Notes: generated by a model from the sequence alone, not told the origin. A DNA stretch of 64,000 nt from Paraphysomonas bandaiensis (GCA_965644295.1 CBFFRP010000615.1:14268-78267), one strand, 5' to 3'. Positions 1-14,820 are shown, counted from the first letter of the stretch. Translations and numbers: made by a program.

Positions 1-3000
1 CAGTGAGAATATTCTTAGAGCATGCCGGAGACCCCATACTGAAATATCCATCCGCACCGTCATTACCAGCAGCAAATATAGCAAGAAAATCTGGATTATC
101 CACCATAAAAGCATCCGCACTGATATCGTCCGCATCATCTACGTTATACTCATATCAACACTCAAATATCGGACATAAAGCATTTAAGATATTGTCAACG
201 CAATAAGGTCGATATACTACGGCACGTACAGAAATTGAATGGTCCACCCCATGAGTTACTATGTACCCTTGCTCCGGCTTCATATGCTGCTCCAAATACA
301 TTGTTTCCTAGGGGTGAAGGGTAGTATATCTGCATGTACGATAAATAACATGTAGTTAAAGACACAAGACCAAATCGCAACACACTGCAGAAAATGAGCT
401 GTACGGCTACACCATCTGGCAACCAAAATATACTGCCATATAAAGTTCTTAAATCACATACCGAGTTGCCATCAGTAGACATATCAAAGAAAGCTATTTT
501 GGCTGCTGGAGAATGCCCGCCGTATATCCCCATTGTAGAATAACTCGCATCAGATGTCTGCACGCTTCCACCCACCGTCCCACACACATGGGTGCCGTGA
601 CCACCGGTCGTGTCTGTGCCGTCCTACGGGCAAATATTTATCACAAATACGTGTGTAGATACGTACGGTTAGTAGGTATGCATTCGTTCATACGAAAAGA
701 ATACATTGAATATGAATGCATATAAGCTTTGTTCACCATGTAGTCTATGTACTGAATGACTTTTCTCTTTGACATATCATAGGTGGGGTTCGTGTACGAT
801 GATCTTTCAACAACGCTGCCATCCTCGTTTGCAAAGAAACAGCTGCCATGCGATATTTAAAAAGAGCAAGCATAAAAACACAGCCTTACGAATATTCATC
901 TACCCCTGTATCACCCACTCCCACTACTTGACCAGTTCCATTCAACCCAGCCTCAAAGTAAGGATACACAGAGTCTTCTCTGGTATCCGTCTGAACGATT
1001 CCCTTGATATAGTTGTTGAAAGCCTTCATTGAGTGTCTCAAGCGAATATCTACGACTTCGTTTTGTTCAGCCGCCGCTGCCAGAAGAGAAGCAAAACACG
1101 CAGTTGGAGTGGACGAATGATCCCGAATCTCGTGCAAATTTCCAACCTCAATGGAACTGGGACCGATGGCTCGATGTTTGAGTCTAGAGAAACGACAGAC
1201 ATCCTCTCCCACTAAATCCGTAGCGGAGGAGTGTGGGTGGGTGAGAAGCTCATCAGCTGCCTCTTTCCATGCTGTGAAGTGTGGTGATTTCCCTGCCAAG
1301 CCTTCGGCATGAATGCCTGGATGAACAGACCGGAGCTTTATCCCGAAGTCCTTCGCGAACCCCTCACGAGCATCAGCAGATTGCAAGGTGATGACCAGCT
1401 GTACGTTTGCCACATCGACAGCATGCAGGTTGTTTCTTACAATTCCTAGATGATGCATCGCACTTTCATGAATCTTGAGAGTGTTGGGCAGAGGTGTCCA
1501 CAACCTGACAAAAGTGTGACATAAGTGGCGAGGTAAAGTATAAATACAATGACAATAACAGTGGAAATGAAAATAACAGCACTTGTGGTAATGAAAATGA
1601 CAGTAGCTGTGGAGGTGAAAGTGTGTCTACTTGAAAGGGATGCCGGATAGGTGTTTCTGGCTGGATGAGAGGGTGCTATAGGACGCAAGTACCAAAAAAC
1701 AACCTAAGTCATTCCCCGCACTGGTGTAGACGGGGCTAACGCTATCCGCTCCAAACTGCTCCATGAGCGCAGAGCTTGCATCAGCCGCATAAAAGTATCC
1801 AACACATGTGATGTGGGAAATCCTATCCCTAACTGCAGATGGTGTACTTCGGAGAAACGATATATGGCCCGCAAGTGCCCCTTCGAAAGTGGTTACACTG
1901 GAATAGTGAAGTTTCAGTTTCTCCTTGCCCAACACCAAAGCAAGCGTATCATAGTCTACAAAGAGAGGATAGAATTGAGATTACAAACAAAAGGCAACCC
2001 ACATCATATAACCATGTCACATAACCATACCATACAACCAAATCATACAACCATATCATACAACCATACCATACAACCATATCATACAACCATACCATAC
2101 AACCATACCATACAACCATATCATACAACCATACCATACAACCATATCATACAACCATACCATACAACCATACCATACAACCATATCATACAACCATACC
2201 ATACAACCATATCATACAACCATACCATACAACCATACCATACAACCATACCATACAACCATATCATACAACCATACCATACAACCATACCATACCATAC
2301 AACCATATCATACAACCATACCATACAACCATATCATACAACCATACCATACAACCATATCATACAACCATACCATACAACCATATCATACAACCATACC
2401 ATACAACCATATCATACGATCATACCATACAACCATATCATACAACCATACCATACAACCATATCATACAACCATACCATACAACCATATCATACAACCA
2501 TATCATACAACCATACCATACAACCATACCATACAACCATACCATACAACCATACCATACAACCATATCATACAACCATATCATACAAACCATATCATAC
2601 AACCATACCATACAACCATATCATACAACCATACCATACAACCATACCATACAACCATACCATACAACCATACCATACAACCATACCATACAACCATACC
2701 ATACAACCATATCATACAACCATACCATACAACCATACCATACAACCATACCATACAACCATACCATACAACCATACCATACAACCATACCATACAACCA
2801 TATCATACGATCATATCATACAACCATATCATACAACCATACCATACAACCATACCATACAACCATACCATACAACCATACCATACAACCATACCATACA
2901 ACCATACCATACAACCATACCATACAACCATACCATACAACCATATCATACAACCATACCATACAACCATATCATACAACCATACCATACAACCATACCA

Positions 3001-6000
3001 TACAACCATACCATACAACCATACCATACAACCATACCATACAACCATATCACACAACCATACCATACAACCATACCATACAACCATACCATACAACCAT
3101 ACCATACAACCATACCATACAACCATACCATACAACCATACCATACAACCATATCACACAACCATACCATACAACCATACCATACAACCATACCATACAA
3201 CCATACCATACAACCATATCATACAACCATATCATACAACCATACCATACAACCATACCATACAACCTACCATACAACCATACCATACAACCATATCATA
3301 CGATCATATCATACAACCATACCATACAACCATATCATACAACCATACCATACAACCATACCATACAACCATACCATACAACCATACCATACAACCATAC
3401 CATACAACCATACCATACAACCATACCATACAACCTACCATACAACCATACCATACAACCATACCATACAACCATACCATACAACCATACCATACAACCA
3501 TATCATACAACCATACCATACAACCATACCATACAACCATACCATACAACCATACCATACAACCATACCATACAACCATACCATACAACCATACCATACA
3601 ACCATACCATACAACCATATCATACGATCATATCATACAACCATATCATACAACCATATCATACAACCATATCATACAACCATACCATACAACCATACCA
3701 TACAACCTACCATACAACCATACCATACAACCATATCATACGATCATATCATACAACCATACCATACAACCATACCATACAACCATACCATACAACCATA
3801 TCATACGATCATATCATACGATCATACCATACAACCATACCATACAACCATATCATACGATCATATCATATGATCATACCATACAACCATACCATACAAC
3901 CATACCATACAACCATACCATACAACCATACCATACAACCATATCATACAACCATACCATACAACCATACCATACAACCATACCATACAACCATACCATA
4001 CAACCATACCATACAACCATACCATACAACCATACCATACAACCATACCATACAACCATACCATACAACCATACCATACAACCATACCATACAACCATAC
4101 CATACAACCATATCATACGACCATATCATACAACCATATCATACAACCATACCATACAACCATATCATACAACCATACCATACAACCATACCATACAACC
4201 ATACCATACAACCATACCATACAACCATACCATACAACCATACCATACAACCATACCATACAACCATACCATACAACCATACCATACAACCATACCATAC
4301 AACCATACCATACAACCATACCATACAACCATACCATACAACCATACCATACAACCATATCATACAACCATATCATACAACCATACCATACAACCATACC
4401 ATACAACCATACCATACAACCATACCATACAACCATACCATACAACCATACCATACAACCATATCACACAACCATACCATACAACCATACCATACAACCA
4501 TACCATACAACCATACCATACAACCATATCATACAACCATACCATACAACCATACCATACAACCATATCACACAACCATACCATACAACCATACCATACA
4601 ACCATACCATACAACCATATCATACAACCATACCATACAACCATATCATACAACCATACCATACAACCATACCATACAACCATACCATACAACCATACCA
4701 TACAACCATACCATACAACCATATCACACAACCATACCATACAACCATACCATACAACCATACCATACAACCATACCATACAACCATATCATACAACCAT
4801 ACCATACAACCATACCATACAACCATACCATACAACCATACCATACAACCATACCATACAACCATATCATACAACCATACCATACAACCATGTCATACAA
4901 CCATACCATACAACCATACCATACAACCATACCATACAACCATATCATACAACCATACCATACAACCATACCATACAACCATACCATACAACCATACCAT
5001 ACAACCATATCACACAACCATACCATACAACCATACCATACAACCATACCATACAACCATATCACACAACCATACCATACAACCATACCATACAACCATA
5101 CCATACAACCATACCATACAACCATACCATACAACCATACCATACAACCATACCATACAACCATATCACACAACCATACCATACAACCATACCATACAAC
5201 CATACCATACAACCATACCATACAACCATACCATACAACCATATCACACAACCATACCATACAACCATACCATACAACCATACCATACAACCATACCATA
5301 CAACCATACCATACAACCATACCATACAACCATACCATACAACCATACCATACAACCATACCATACAACCATACCATACAACCATATCACACAACCATAC
5401 CATACAACCATACCATACAACCATACCATACAACCATATCATACAACCATATCACACAACCATACCATACAACCATACCATACAACCATACCATACAACC
5501 ATACCATACAACCATATCACACAACCATACCATACAACCATACCATACAACCATATCATACAACCATACCATACAACCATACCATACAACCATACCATAC
5601 AACCATACCATACAACCATATCATACAACCATACCATACAACCATGTCATACAACCATACCATACAACCATACCATACAACCATACCATACAACCATATC
5701 ATACAACCATACCATACAACCATATCATACAACCATACCATACAACCATATCATACAACCATATCACACAACCATACCATACAACCATACCATACAACCA
5801 TACCATACAACCATACCATACAACCATATCACACAACCATACCATACAACCATACCATACAACCATATCATACAACCATATCATACAACCATACCATACA
5901 ACCATACCATACAACCATACCATACAACCATGTCATACAACCATACCATACAACCATACCATACAACCATGTCATACAACCATACCATACAACCATATCA

Positions 6001-8305
6001 TACAACCATATCACACAACCATACCATACAACCATACCATACAACCATACCATACAACCATACCATACAACCATATCACACAACCATACCATACAACCAT
6101 ACCATACAACCATATCATACAACCATACCATACAACCATACCATACAACCATACCATACAACCATACCATACAACCATATCATACAACCATACCATACAA
6201 CCATGTCATACAACCATACCATACAACCATACCATACAACCATACCATACAACCATATCACACAACCATACCATACAACCATACCATACAACCATACCAT
6301 ACAACCATATCATACAACCATACCATACAACCATATCATACAACCATACCATACAACCATACCATACAACCATACCATACAACCATACCATACAACCATA
6401 CCATACAACCATATCATACAACCATACCATACAACCATACCATACAACCATACCATACAACCATACCATACAACCATACCATACAACCATACCATACAAC
6501 CATACCATACAACCATACCATACAACCATACCATACAACCATATCATACAACCATATCATACAACCATACCATACAACCATACCATACAACCATACCATA
6601 CAACCATACCATACAACCATACCATACAACCATACCATACAACCATATCACACAACCATACCATACAACCATACCATACAACCATACCATACAACCATAC
6701 CATACAACCATATCATACAACCATACCATACAACCATACCATACAACCATATCACACAACCACACCATACAACCATACCATACAACCATACCATACAACC
6801 ATATCACACAACCATACCATACAACCATACCATACAACCATACCATACAACCATACCATACAACCATACCATACAACCATACCATACAACCATATCACAC
6901 AACCATACCATACAACCATACCATACAACCATACCATACAACCATACCATACAACCATACCATACAACCATATCACACAACCATACCATACAACCATACC
7001 ATACAACCATACCATACAACCATACCATACAACCATACCATACAACCATACCATACAACCATACCATACAACCATATCACACAACCATACCATACAACCA
7101 TACCATACAACCATACCATACAACCATATCATACAACCATACCATACAACCATACCATACAACCATACCATACAACCATACCATACAACCATACCATACA
7201 ACCATATCATACAACCATACCATACAACCATACCATACAACCATACCATACAACCATACCATACAACCATACCATACAACCATACCATACAACCATACCA
7301 TACAACCATACCATACAACCATGTCATACAACCATACCATACAACCATACCATACAACCATACCATACAACCATACCATACAACCATACCATACAACCAT
7401 ACCATACAACCATACCATACAACCATACCATACAACCATACCATACAACCATACCATACAACCATACCATACAACCATATCATACAACCATACCATACAA
7501 CCATACCATACAACCATACCATACAACCATACCATACAACCATACCATACAACCATACCATACAACCATATCATACAACCATACCATACAACCATACCAT
7601 ACAACCATACCATACAACCATACCATACAACCATATCATACAACCATATCATACAACCATACCATACAACCATACCATACAACCATACCATACAACCATA
7701 CCATACAACCATACCATACAACCATACCATACAACCATACCATACATCCATACCATACAACCATGTCATACAACCATATCATACAACCATATCATACAAC
7801 CATATCACACAACCATACCATACAACCATACCATACAACCATACCATACAACCATACCATACAACCATGTCATACAACCATATCATACAACCATATCATA
7901 CAACCATACCATACAACCATACCATACAACCATACCATACAACCATACCATACAACCATACCATACAACCATACCATACAACCATGTCATACAACCATAT
8001 CATACAACCATATCATACAACCATATCATACAACCATATCATACAACCATATCACACAACCATACCATACAACCATACCATACAACCATACCATACAACC
8101 ATACCATACAACCATGTCATACAACCATATCATACAACCATATCATACAACCATACCATACAACCATGTCATACAACCATATCATACAACCATATCATAC
8201 AACCATACCATACAACCATGTCATACATGGGTATGTCGTATACGTACCAGTGGTGAGTGCTTGACTCGTGAGTGCAGTTGCAATTACAAGCAGTGTTGCT
8301 AGCAT
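1..8305 (-). CDS. Secreted subtilisin-like serine protease (peptidase S8, KP-43/TagC-like), multi-exon, 3' end beyond window start
   Basis: Exon 1 (8305-8248) encodes signal peptide MLATLLVIATALTSQALTT. GTACGT donor at 8247 and TTTGTAG acceptor at 1956 join in frame to DYDTLALVLGKEK. Later exons give the catalytic Asp motif GLNGTGQVVGVGDTGVD, the His motif GHGTHVCGTVGG, GARVHSNSWG and IFAAGNDG. Confidence 0.88.
2005..8227. repeat. 13-bp tandem satellite (CAACCATACCATA)n, ~480 units, inside intron 1 of the S8 protease gene
   Basis: Directly visible, with variant units CAACCATATCATA, CAACCATATCACA, CAACCATGTCATA and CGATCATATCATA. It lies between the intron donor (8247) and acceptor (1956). 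Confidence 0.97.
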
Positions 8306-8997
8306 AACCTTCTTGATGTTCGTTGTATTGTTGTAGTGTGCAATAGGCAATAAGTGTGTCGGCCTCTATGTGTGAGGGGTGTGTGTATGCATGATATCAT
8401 CGTGTCGAAAAGAATCCCACTCAGCACTGTGATCTCATTCTGATGCTGTATACTGCTGTATACCAGTACAGTACCATATCCTGGCACACCACATAGGTGA
8501 GAATCTTTGCCCATACTGTACATAGTACAGTAGGAATTCCTACTGTACTGCACTGTATAGCATATACCGGTATATGGTATACGCATTGTGGCAACTGGTC
8601 TATGCTGGGCGTCTCGGCATCCTTTGTTTATTTTTGTTCAAAGAGGCCTCTAATATTGAGACAATAATTGTCTGTATTATACCATGGTATAGCCGTAGTT
8701 TTATTGCAGTAATATAAAAGATATTTTGCTTCAATTTATTTCCGAAAAATAAGATGCTGGCTGCCGATGTACACTGTAGTCCAGGTGCTCGTGTGGATAG
8801 AGACGCAGACCGGCAGGCCATATCTTTGCAGTGGAAGCTCACGTATACTAAACTTGCGGTCGTAGACACGATGATTTGACTCGAAGGGCCGCCCAAGCAT
8901 CCAAAGTGCATTAACTCTTGCTCGTCCAGGGTCGCAGGCGAGTCCATTTGACTGTGGTTAACATTAACTGTCTCGTCTAACGCACGTCTTGTGCAGT

Positions 8998-9069
8998 GAT
9001 AGGGTCCTGGCGGCCTCGATAGGGTCCTGGCGACCTCGATAGGGTCCTGGCGACCTCGATAGGGTCCTG
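8998..9069. repeat. 20-bp tandem repeat (GATAGGGTCCTGGCGACCTC) x3.5
   Basis: Directly visible, with one substitution in the first unit. Confidence 0.9.
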
Positions 9070-9604
9070 ATGCAGCACAGCATCTCACTAACAAGAGGTA
9101 ACAAGAGGTGCCAAACCCACTGCGGTCCACAAGAGCCTTATCAGCACAAGTCTGCTTGTTATTTGGGCTGGAGGGTCTACCCGCATCCGTTTCTATGAAG
9201 CGCCAGGTGAACCAACAAGTCCTGAGCCCCCTCCCCCCTCCTAGAGGCACCACTTATGGTAGTTTATTCACGATGCAGTGTGTGAGTATGCAGTGAGGTC
9301 TGCTGTTCGAGTATATACATATGACACATAAACAAATCCCGCACACGAAGGGATCACTTTTCGATTGTTTCGTAAAGTGGTGTGTCTTTTTTGTATGTGT
9401 ATTACAGCCCTAAGAACCGCCGTAAGAGTGTTAGTTCTGTATATGGGCCTCCTTAAGTAATCGAGTCGGACCTCAATGCAATGTATACGTATATATGGCA
9501 AAATAAAGCAGCAGATAGCGTTTAGTAGTTTTCTGCTCATTTTTCTGAAGAGTGGAATAATGATAGATAATTCCTGGCAACAAAGATCAAATGATGGAGC
9601 TGTT

Positions 9605-9770
9605 TGTGTTGAGTTTAGCTGTTTGTGAGCAATTACGAATTGTTTTTGTAAAATATTTGAATTATGGTGACCACTTGAAGAATAGAGCAGTGGTTAACAG
9701 CATTACATGAACACATGAACTAATGATATGATATGCATTATGTTTTAGTGAAACTGAAATATATCAACGG
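9605..9770 (+). repeat. Dispersed repeat, diverged copy of 34533-34688
   Basis: Shared blocks GTGTTGA-TTT-GCTGTTTGTGAGCAA, ATATTTGAATTAT, AATGATATGATA and TGAAACTGAAATATAT occur in the same order. Confidence 0.7.
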
Positions 9771-9847
9771 TATAAGATCGGTGATTGGTAGTTGATAGAA
9801 TATATATAATTGTAGCGAATATCGATAAACAATAAGATGTGTTGATT

Positions 9848-10040
9848 ACCCCAACACAGTCGAACTCGCACCTCTTCGTGGTGTTCTGGGGGATAAGTAC
9901 CGGAGATATTTCTCCGGGAAACTAACGTGAGCCGCCTATATAGTATGTATTCAGCAGATATTGTTCTGCTCACTCATAGCCTAATGCTTGTGTGGAACAA
10001 GGGACCAGATGACATGCTCTTTTGGATTGGAAGGGCCCCT
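9848..10040 (+). mobile_element. SINE-like retroposon family A, 5' part
   Basis: Reverse complement of ~54050-54240 (ACTCGCACC...GGGGATAAGTACCGGAGA...ACTAACGTGAGCCG...CACTCATAGCC...TGTGTGG). Confidence 0.75.
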
Positions 10041-10544
10041 ACAGTGCATATTTCTGTGCAGAGAAACTCAGAAATGGTGACGATCGTTTATTGGAACGAC
10101 GGCTTAATATACCATTTTGTTCCTCCTAATCGATGTTATCCTAAAAGCCTTAGTGTTAAGACTTTTTGTGGAACCTCTGGCATTTCGGTAATCGGAAAAA
10201 AGGGGTTTGTCTTATATATAGCGTCACGATTGGACAAAGGCTGATAGAAATAGTCCTCATGTTACGAGCAAAAAAAGCAATGAAATTCCTTCCTAGACGA
10301 TCATGTGAGTGTACTGATATGCAATTCCGTGACAATACTATTAGCACTGTAGTTGCTCTATATGGTAGAGAATATGAAAGATGAAACTGTTTTAAAAGAA
10401 TTTAATAGTGACTCTGGAATTTAATTATATATTCTAAGGATAGTAAGCATTACTACATGGGTGTTTCTAGAACGGGAGAATGGCTTGTATTTGTGGCTGA
10501 AAGATAAGTTATGGGGAAAAAGGTAGAGCACATATATGAATGTA

Positions 10545-10966
10545 TGAAATGAATGTCTTATTACGTGTTTATTAAGAGTCAAAACTAATACAGCATTTTA
10601 TTTATTTAACGCTACAATAACTGCTTGTGCGTCACCTCAAGCACCAAGGTGCACCAACTTTCGCTCTATCGCTCAAAGCAAACGCAGTGAGCAAGCAGAA
10701 TGTTGACATACCTGATATATACGGACTTCAGGATTTTGGAGTCCTTGAGGTGAACAGCCCGGATGCCCTTGAGGTGGGACCATTCCCTGATCCCTGTTTA
10801 TTTCAAGGCCCAAAGAATTTCACACATGTGACACTTAATAGTGCCCCTTGTACCTTGTACCACACAAGCATTAGACAATGAGTGGGCGGAACAATATCTG
10901 CTGACTACATATAGCCTGCTCACGTTAGTTTCCCGCAGAACGCCACGAAAAGGTGCGAGCCAGGCT
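10545..10966 (-). mobile_element. SINE-like retroposon family A, near full-length with internal deletions
   Basis: Colinear with 53764-54240 and 57981-59388. Has a GAATG-type tail at the left end and a possible short TSD AGAGCAC on both sides. Confidence 0.78.
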
Positions 10967-11351
10967 TAAGAGCACTAATAACTAATAACAGTTGATTCCC
11001 GAGTAATGAAGGAGAGTGTTAGTGCTACTCCCTACACAATATATGCCTATGCACATGGAAGACGAAGATAAGACTAACACAACGTCGTATTCTTTATGAG
11101 ATATATTTTTCAGCTCACACTACCAACTATGACGTGTAAGTCAGACGTATACAACACATTTCCCCACTTTTACAAGTATACTTGGCTATTATATATATAT
11201 TCATTCAAATATAATTGATGCTCGTCAACACTATTACAGAATCAGCATTGACAGAAAGTGCTGTGCCCATATTTCAATGCTGAAATTTTCAGACGCACAT
11301 ATATCCAATCTTGTCCTGGTTAATCTCTTCAAGTGCAACTGAAATTCTAAT

Positions 11352-14300
11352 TCAATAATGGTCTTTGGCCACTCTAGTCAGGCGTCTCTGCTTTCTATAC
11401 GCGAATGGGTTTTCCGTAGAATGTGGAACTTTAGCAGGACCGTACAGAGCCTCATCTATCCAACTATCAGGATCCCTGATAACACCACCATGAAGAACCT
11501 TCGATGGAGCAGACAGAGTGGCTGCAATTCGTTCTTTGTCTTGTTGTTTCAAGTCTTCAGTGCTGTAAACAGATGGCCACATAGAAGTTCTTTTAGACCA
11601 ATGAGATATACGCTCCTGTACATTTCTAAGCACCTTCAACACCCTTTCTGATGCTCTGTGCTGGTTACCAAAAAGTGTTACACTCATATGGTAGCACTCC
11701 TGCATAACAGAAAGGGATTCCCTGAACTTCCCTGTCTCAGCATAAAAGACACCGAGATTGAACAGTGCTTTAATCAGATCCATGCTCATACCCTGACGAA
11801 CTACTGTATTCTCACAGTCGCCATCTTTCGAAGGAGTCCTTTTTCGGCGCTCGTCTACTACCATCTCATAGAGGGCTCGTGCGACATCAGGCTGTTCTAA
11901 CTCCATATAAACATAAGCAATATTGCTGATAACTGCGAGTGTATCATCATGGGTTTCTCCGAGAGTTACTTCACGTCCCACCAGGCACTTCATATACATC
12001 TCCTCAGCTTCTGAATACCTCCCTTGCTTGGTGAAGCAGTTGGCGAGGTTGAACATGCTCGTCAGGGCATCTACATGATGAACACCTAGACACTCAGACC
12101 TGTGTCCCAGACAAACAGAAAAGCATTTCTCCGCCTCCTCAAGCAACCCTTTGTCGTAATAATATACCCCAAGATTATTCAGCACACACAGTGTAACAGG
12201 ATCTTTGATGCCGTGTTCTGTACTATACTTTTTAAGTAGCTCTTTGAGGCTCTGTTCCGAAAGACGTTTTTTATTTTTTGCTGGCTTCATATTGCTCTCT
12301 TCACAGTGAGTGTCTTGTGCCCTAGGTGAGGACATGAGAACGATACGCCCAACAAGAGAAGGTCGCTTTTTCGTAGCTGAATTATTCGTATTCATTGGTT
12401 GGGACAATGACCTCGAAAACGTTCGACTCAGAGTCTGCTCTTTTTCATTAATTTGCTCTGCCAGTCGAGCTACCTGAATTCTGGTTTTATAAGCCTCCTC
12501 GGCGGCGAAAATGTGTAGGTCCTGTAAGTTTTAGTCATCGTGAAGGACCAAAAGATAGCCAGCGTAAGACCACTCACATTCTCATCAAGATTGCCACTAC
12601 CATCCTTGTCCAGCTCAACAAACCTCTACATAGACGATTACGAGACTACAGCATATGGTGCAGTGTAATACAGCGCCCAATACCTGTAGCCATGGGTCGA
12701 TGTCTTTTTCCTTGTTCAAACCATTCGTGTGCACCAACATGGCAATAAGGAAGTTCAACCGATCTACTTCCCCTCCCTCTACACACCATAGAATGATAAG
12801 AAAATTCGTTGAATATAGCATAAATATTAGAGCAGTATACAGTGCATACAGAACTACGTTACACCCACAGTCCAAACTCCGTATCAAACATATCAGTGGC
12901 ACAGTACAGTACTGCCAGAATACACGATGGTGATACCAGCTTCTCCTTGCATGGTGAGAATAGATGCAGCATCAAGCGGCTTGTTCAGCATGGCCATCCG
13001 TTTTTCCTCAAACGCTTTTTCTCTCTGAACCGAAGAGAAAGTCCCAATAGCAGCTGTCACTATGAGAACTGAAGCGAGTACGTAAAAAACGTTGAAAAGC
13101 CTGGTACAGGTAAAAGCTTTACGACAGAATTGTACGCAAGTTGCACGAGAAGATGACTACCCAAGATATCATAAGTTTATAGATGAGAATGGAGCAAATA
13201 AACTTAAAAGGGAATCAGGATGAGCTGCATTTTACCTTGACGTGTCTTTCTCAGGAATAAGATCACCATACCCAATACTCTGAGAGCCAAAATGCAAAAC
13301 AAGATATGAACTTAGCCCAAGCTACATATACATGCCCAAATATGCGGATATATAACAACCATGTTCACACCAATACAAAATGAAGAATAATAGCACATAT
13401 ATTCAAGGAAACCTACCAGAGTAGTAACTACGCTCCAGTATATACCAGATACGACGGACAGACCTTCATGAACACACATGAAGGCGGTGCCGACAGTGAT
13501 ACACATTAGAGTAATGATAACGCACAGGATTATTCTTTCCCGCTGTAGCACCTAAAACGACATCCATGTTAACACATCAGGGTCTCAACATCACATATTA
13601 ATAGAATCCTGGTACACACCCAATTTACCTACCGATAAAGGAGTACTAGTTTTGTCATGTCTGCTGTATATAAATTTGTCCTGGATATAGTCCAAAAGTG
13701 CATATGCCCAGTCTATCAAAATCTGTACCACAAATACAATACCCACAAGTATATATATCATGGTGAACACCCGTGATCCTGCAAAAAACTGCTTAGAATG
13801 GTACCGTCTAAATGGAAAAAGGACTACCATCTGTGTCCGGTGTAATGTCGCCATACCCCACAGTGGTCACTGAAAACATGAATAAGGTGGTCAAAAAATG
13901 TACATAAATATAGATGCTAGTCGGTACATGAAGTTATACATACATAGATTGCCAGGACTATATATCACTACAGTGCGATCTGAGCCTTACTTGAGACAGT
14001 TGTAAAATAAACACACTGCAACACCGTCCACTCCTGATTGTACTTATAGAACAGTAACCCGATACCATAATACAACATCACAACAAGAATATTATGCAGA
14101 GTGGAGTCGGAAGGGATGTTCCCTTTGGACTGCTGATCTCTCAGCCATCTCATAGTGCTGCCCGGCTGAACACTTTCTGCAGAGGAGACAGCCGACACTG
14201 AGGCAGAGACAGCGACCGGATGAGATGTTTCCGAAGTATCTGAACTATCAGTGGATTGATTCTGCTGTTCAGTTGACAGCATGAGAGCCAACTCGTCGAC

Positions 14301-14597
14301 AAGAGACACGGAGCGATCAGGTGCACTTCTATTGATACCGTACACCGGACGGGGGCTCGATCCTCTGACTGTATGCGGAGGAGCGAGAAACCCCTCGCAG
14401 TCCTCGTCATCCTCGTCCTCATCATCTTCATCGTCATCCGGATTGTCTCTATCTGTGTAGGGAGATGATGGCGATGTCTCTGGTGATGATGAGTGAGAGC
14501 GACAGCTGGTGCTGGTGCTGTGGATGGTTACGAGAGGAAACAGACCCCTGCCTGTGTCCTCATGCTCTCGATACGAGGAGTCAAGGGCTTGTAACAT
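11352..14597 (-). CDS. Two-pore-domain K+ channel (TPK/KCO-like, 4TM/2P) with EF-hand, fused to a C-terminal kinesin-light-chain-like TPR domain; 9 exons
   Basis: Spliced frame: CVYFTTVS|MTTVGYGDITP, GSRVFTMIYILVG, IYWSVVTTL|SIGYGDLIPE, RLFNVFYVLAS, EF-hand RFVELDKDGSGNLDEN|DL. The last exon (12521-11352) runs without a stop into TPR repeats (LNNLGVYY..G.LEEAE, SMFNLANCF..QGRYSEAE, HDDTLAVISNIA). Confidence 0.85.
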
Positions 14598-14749
14598 GAG
14601 GGTGTGGGTGGTTGTGGAAGAGTCTGAGTCTACTCACGCATCACTCACGCATCACTGGGAGTGAATCGTATAGACCTGCAGTGCTGTTAGCCTGCCTGTA
14701 TGTCTCATACGCGTGTATCGAGTATATTCTTCTGCTGTATAATCCTCTA

Positions 14750-14820
14750 CAGTACCTGTAGACCTGTGTACCTGTAGACCTGTGTACCTGTAGACCTGTG
14801 TACCTGTAGACCTGTAGACC
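14750..14820. repeat. 16-bp tandem repeat (GTACCTGTAGACCTGT) ~4 copies upstream of the K+ channel start
   Basis: Directly visible. An 11-bp duplication ACTCACGCATC lies at 14632-14653. Confidence 0.85.

Noticed and set aside
2005-8227. CRISPR array or telomere
   Set aside because: There are no unique spacers or cas genes. The array is interstitial and intronic, and the unit is not a TTAGGG-type repeat.
1813-8302. Very long His/Thr/Tyr-rich ORFs (686, 1464, 870, 790 aa) and many minus-strand MVVWYG ORFs
   Set aside because: The 13-bp unit lacks plus-strand stops, so all three frames give the same peptide. The array lies in an intron of a minus-strand gene.
8600-9253. 217-aa minus-strand ORF
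   Set aside because: Non-ATG start, includes a 20-bp tandem repeat and has no recognisable domain or splice structure.
11352-12407. Stand-alone TPR gene
   Set aside because: The frame is open upstream to a splice acceptor at ~12522 that joins the K+ channel EF-hand exon, so it is treated as one gene.
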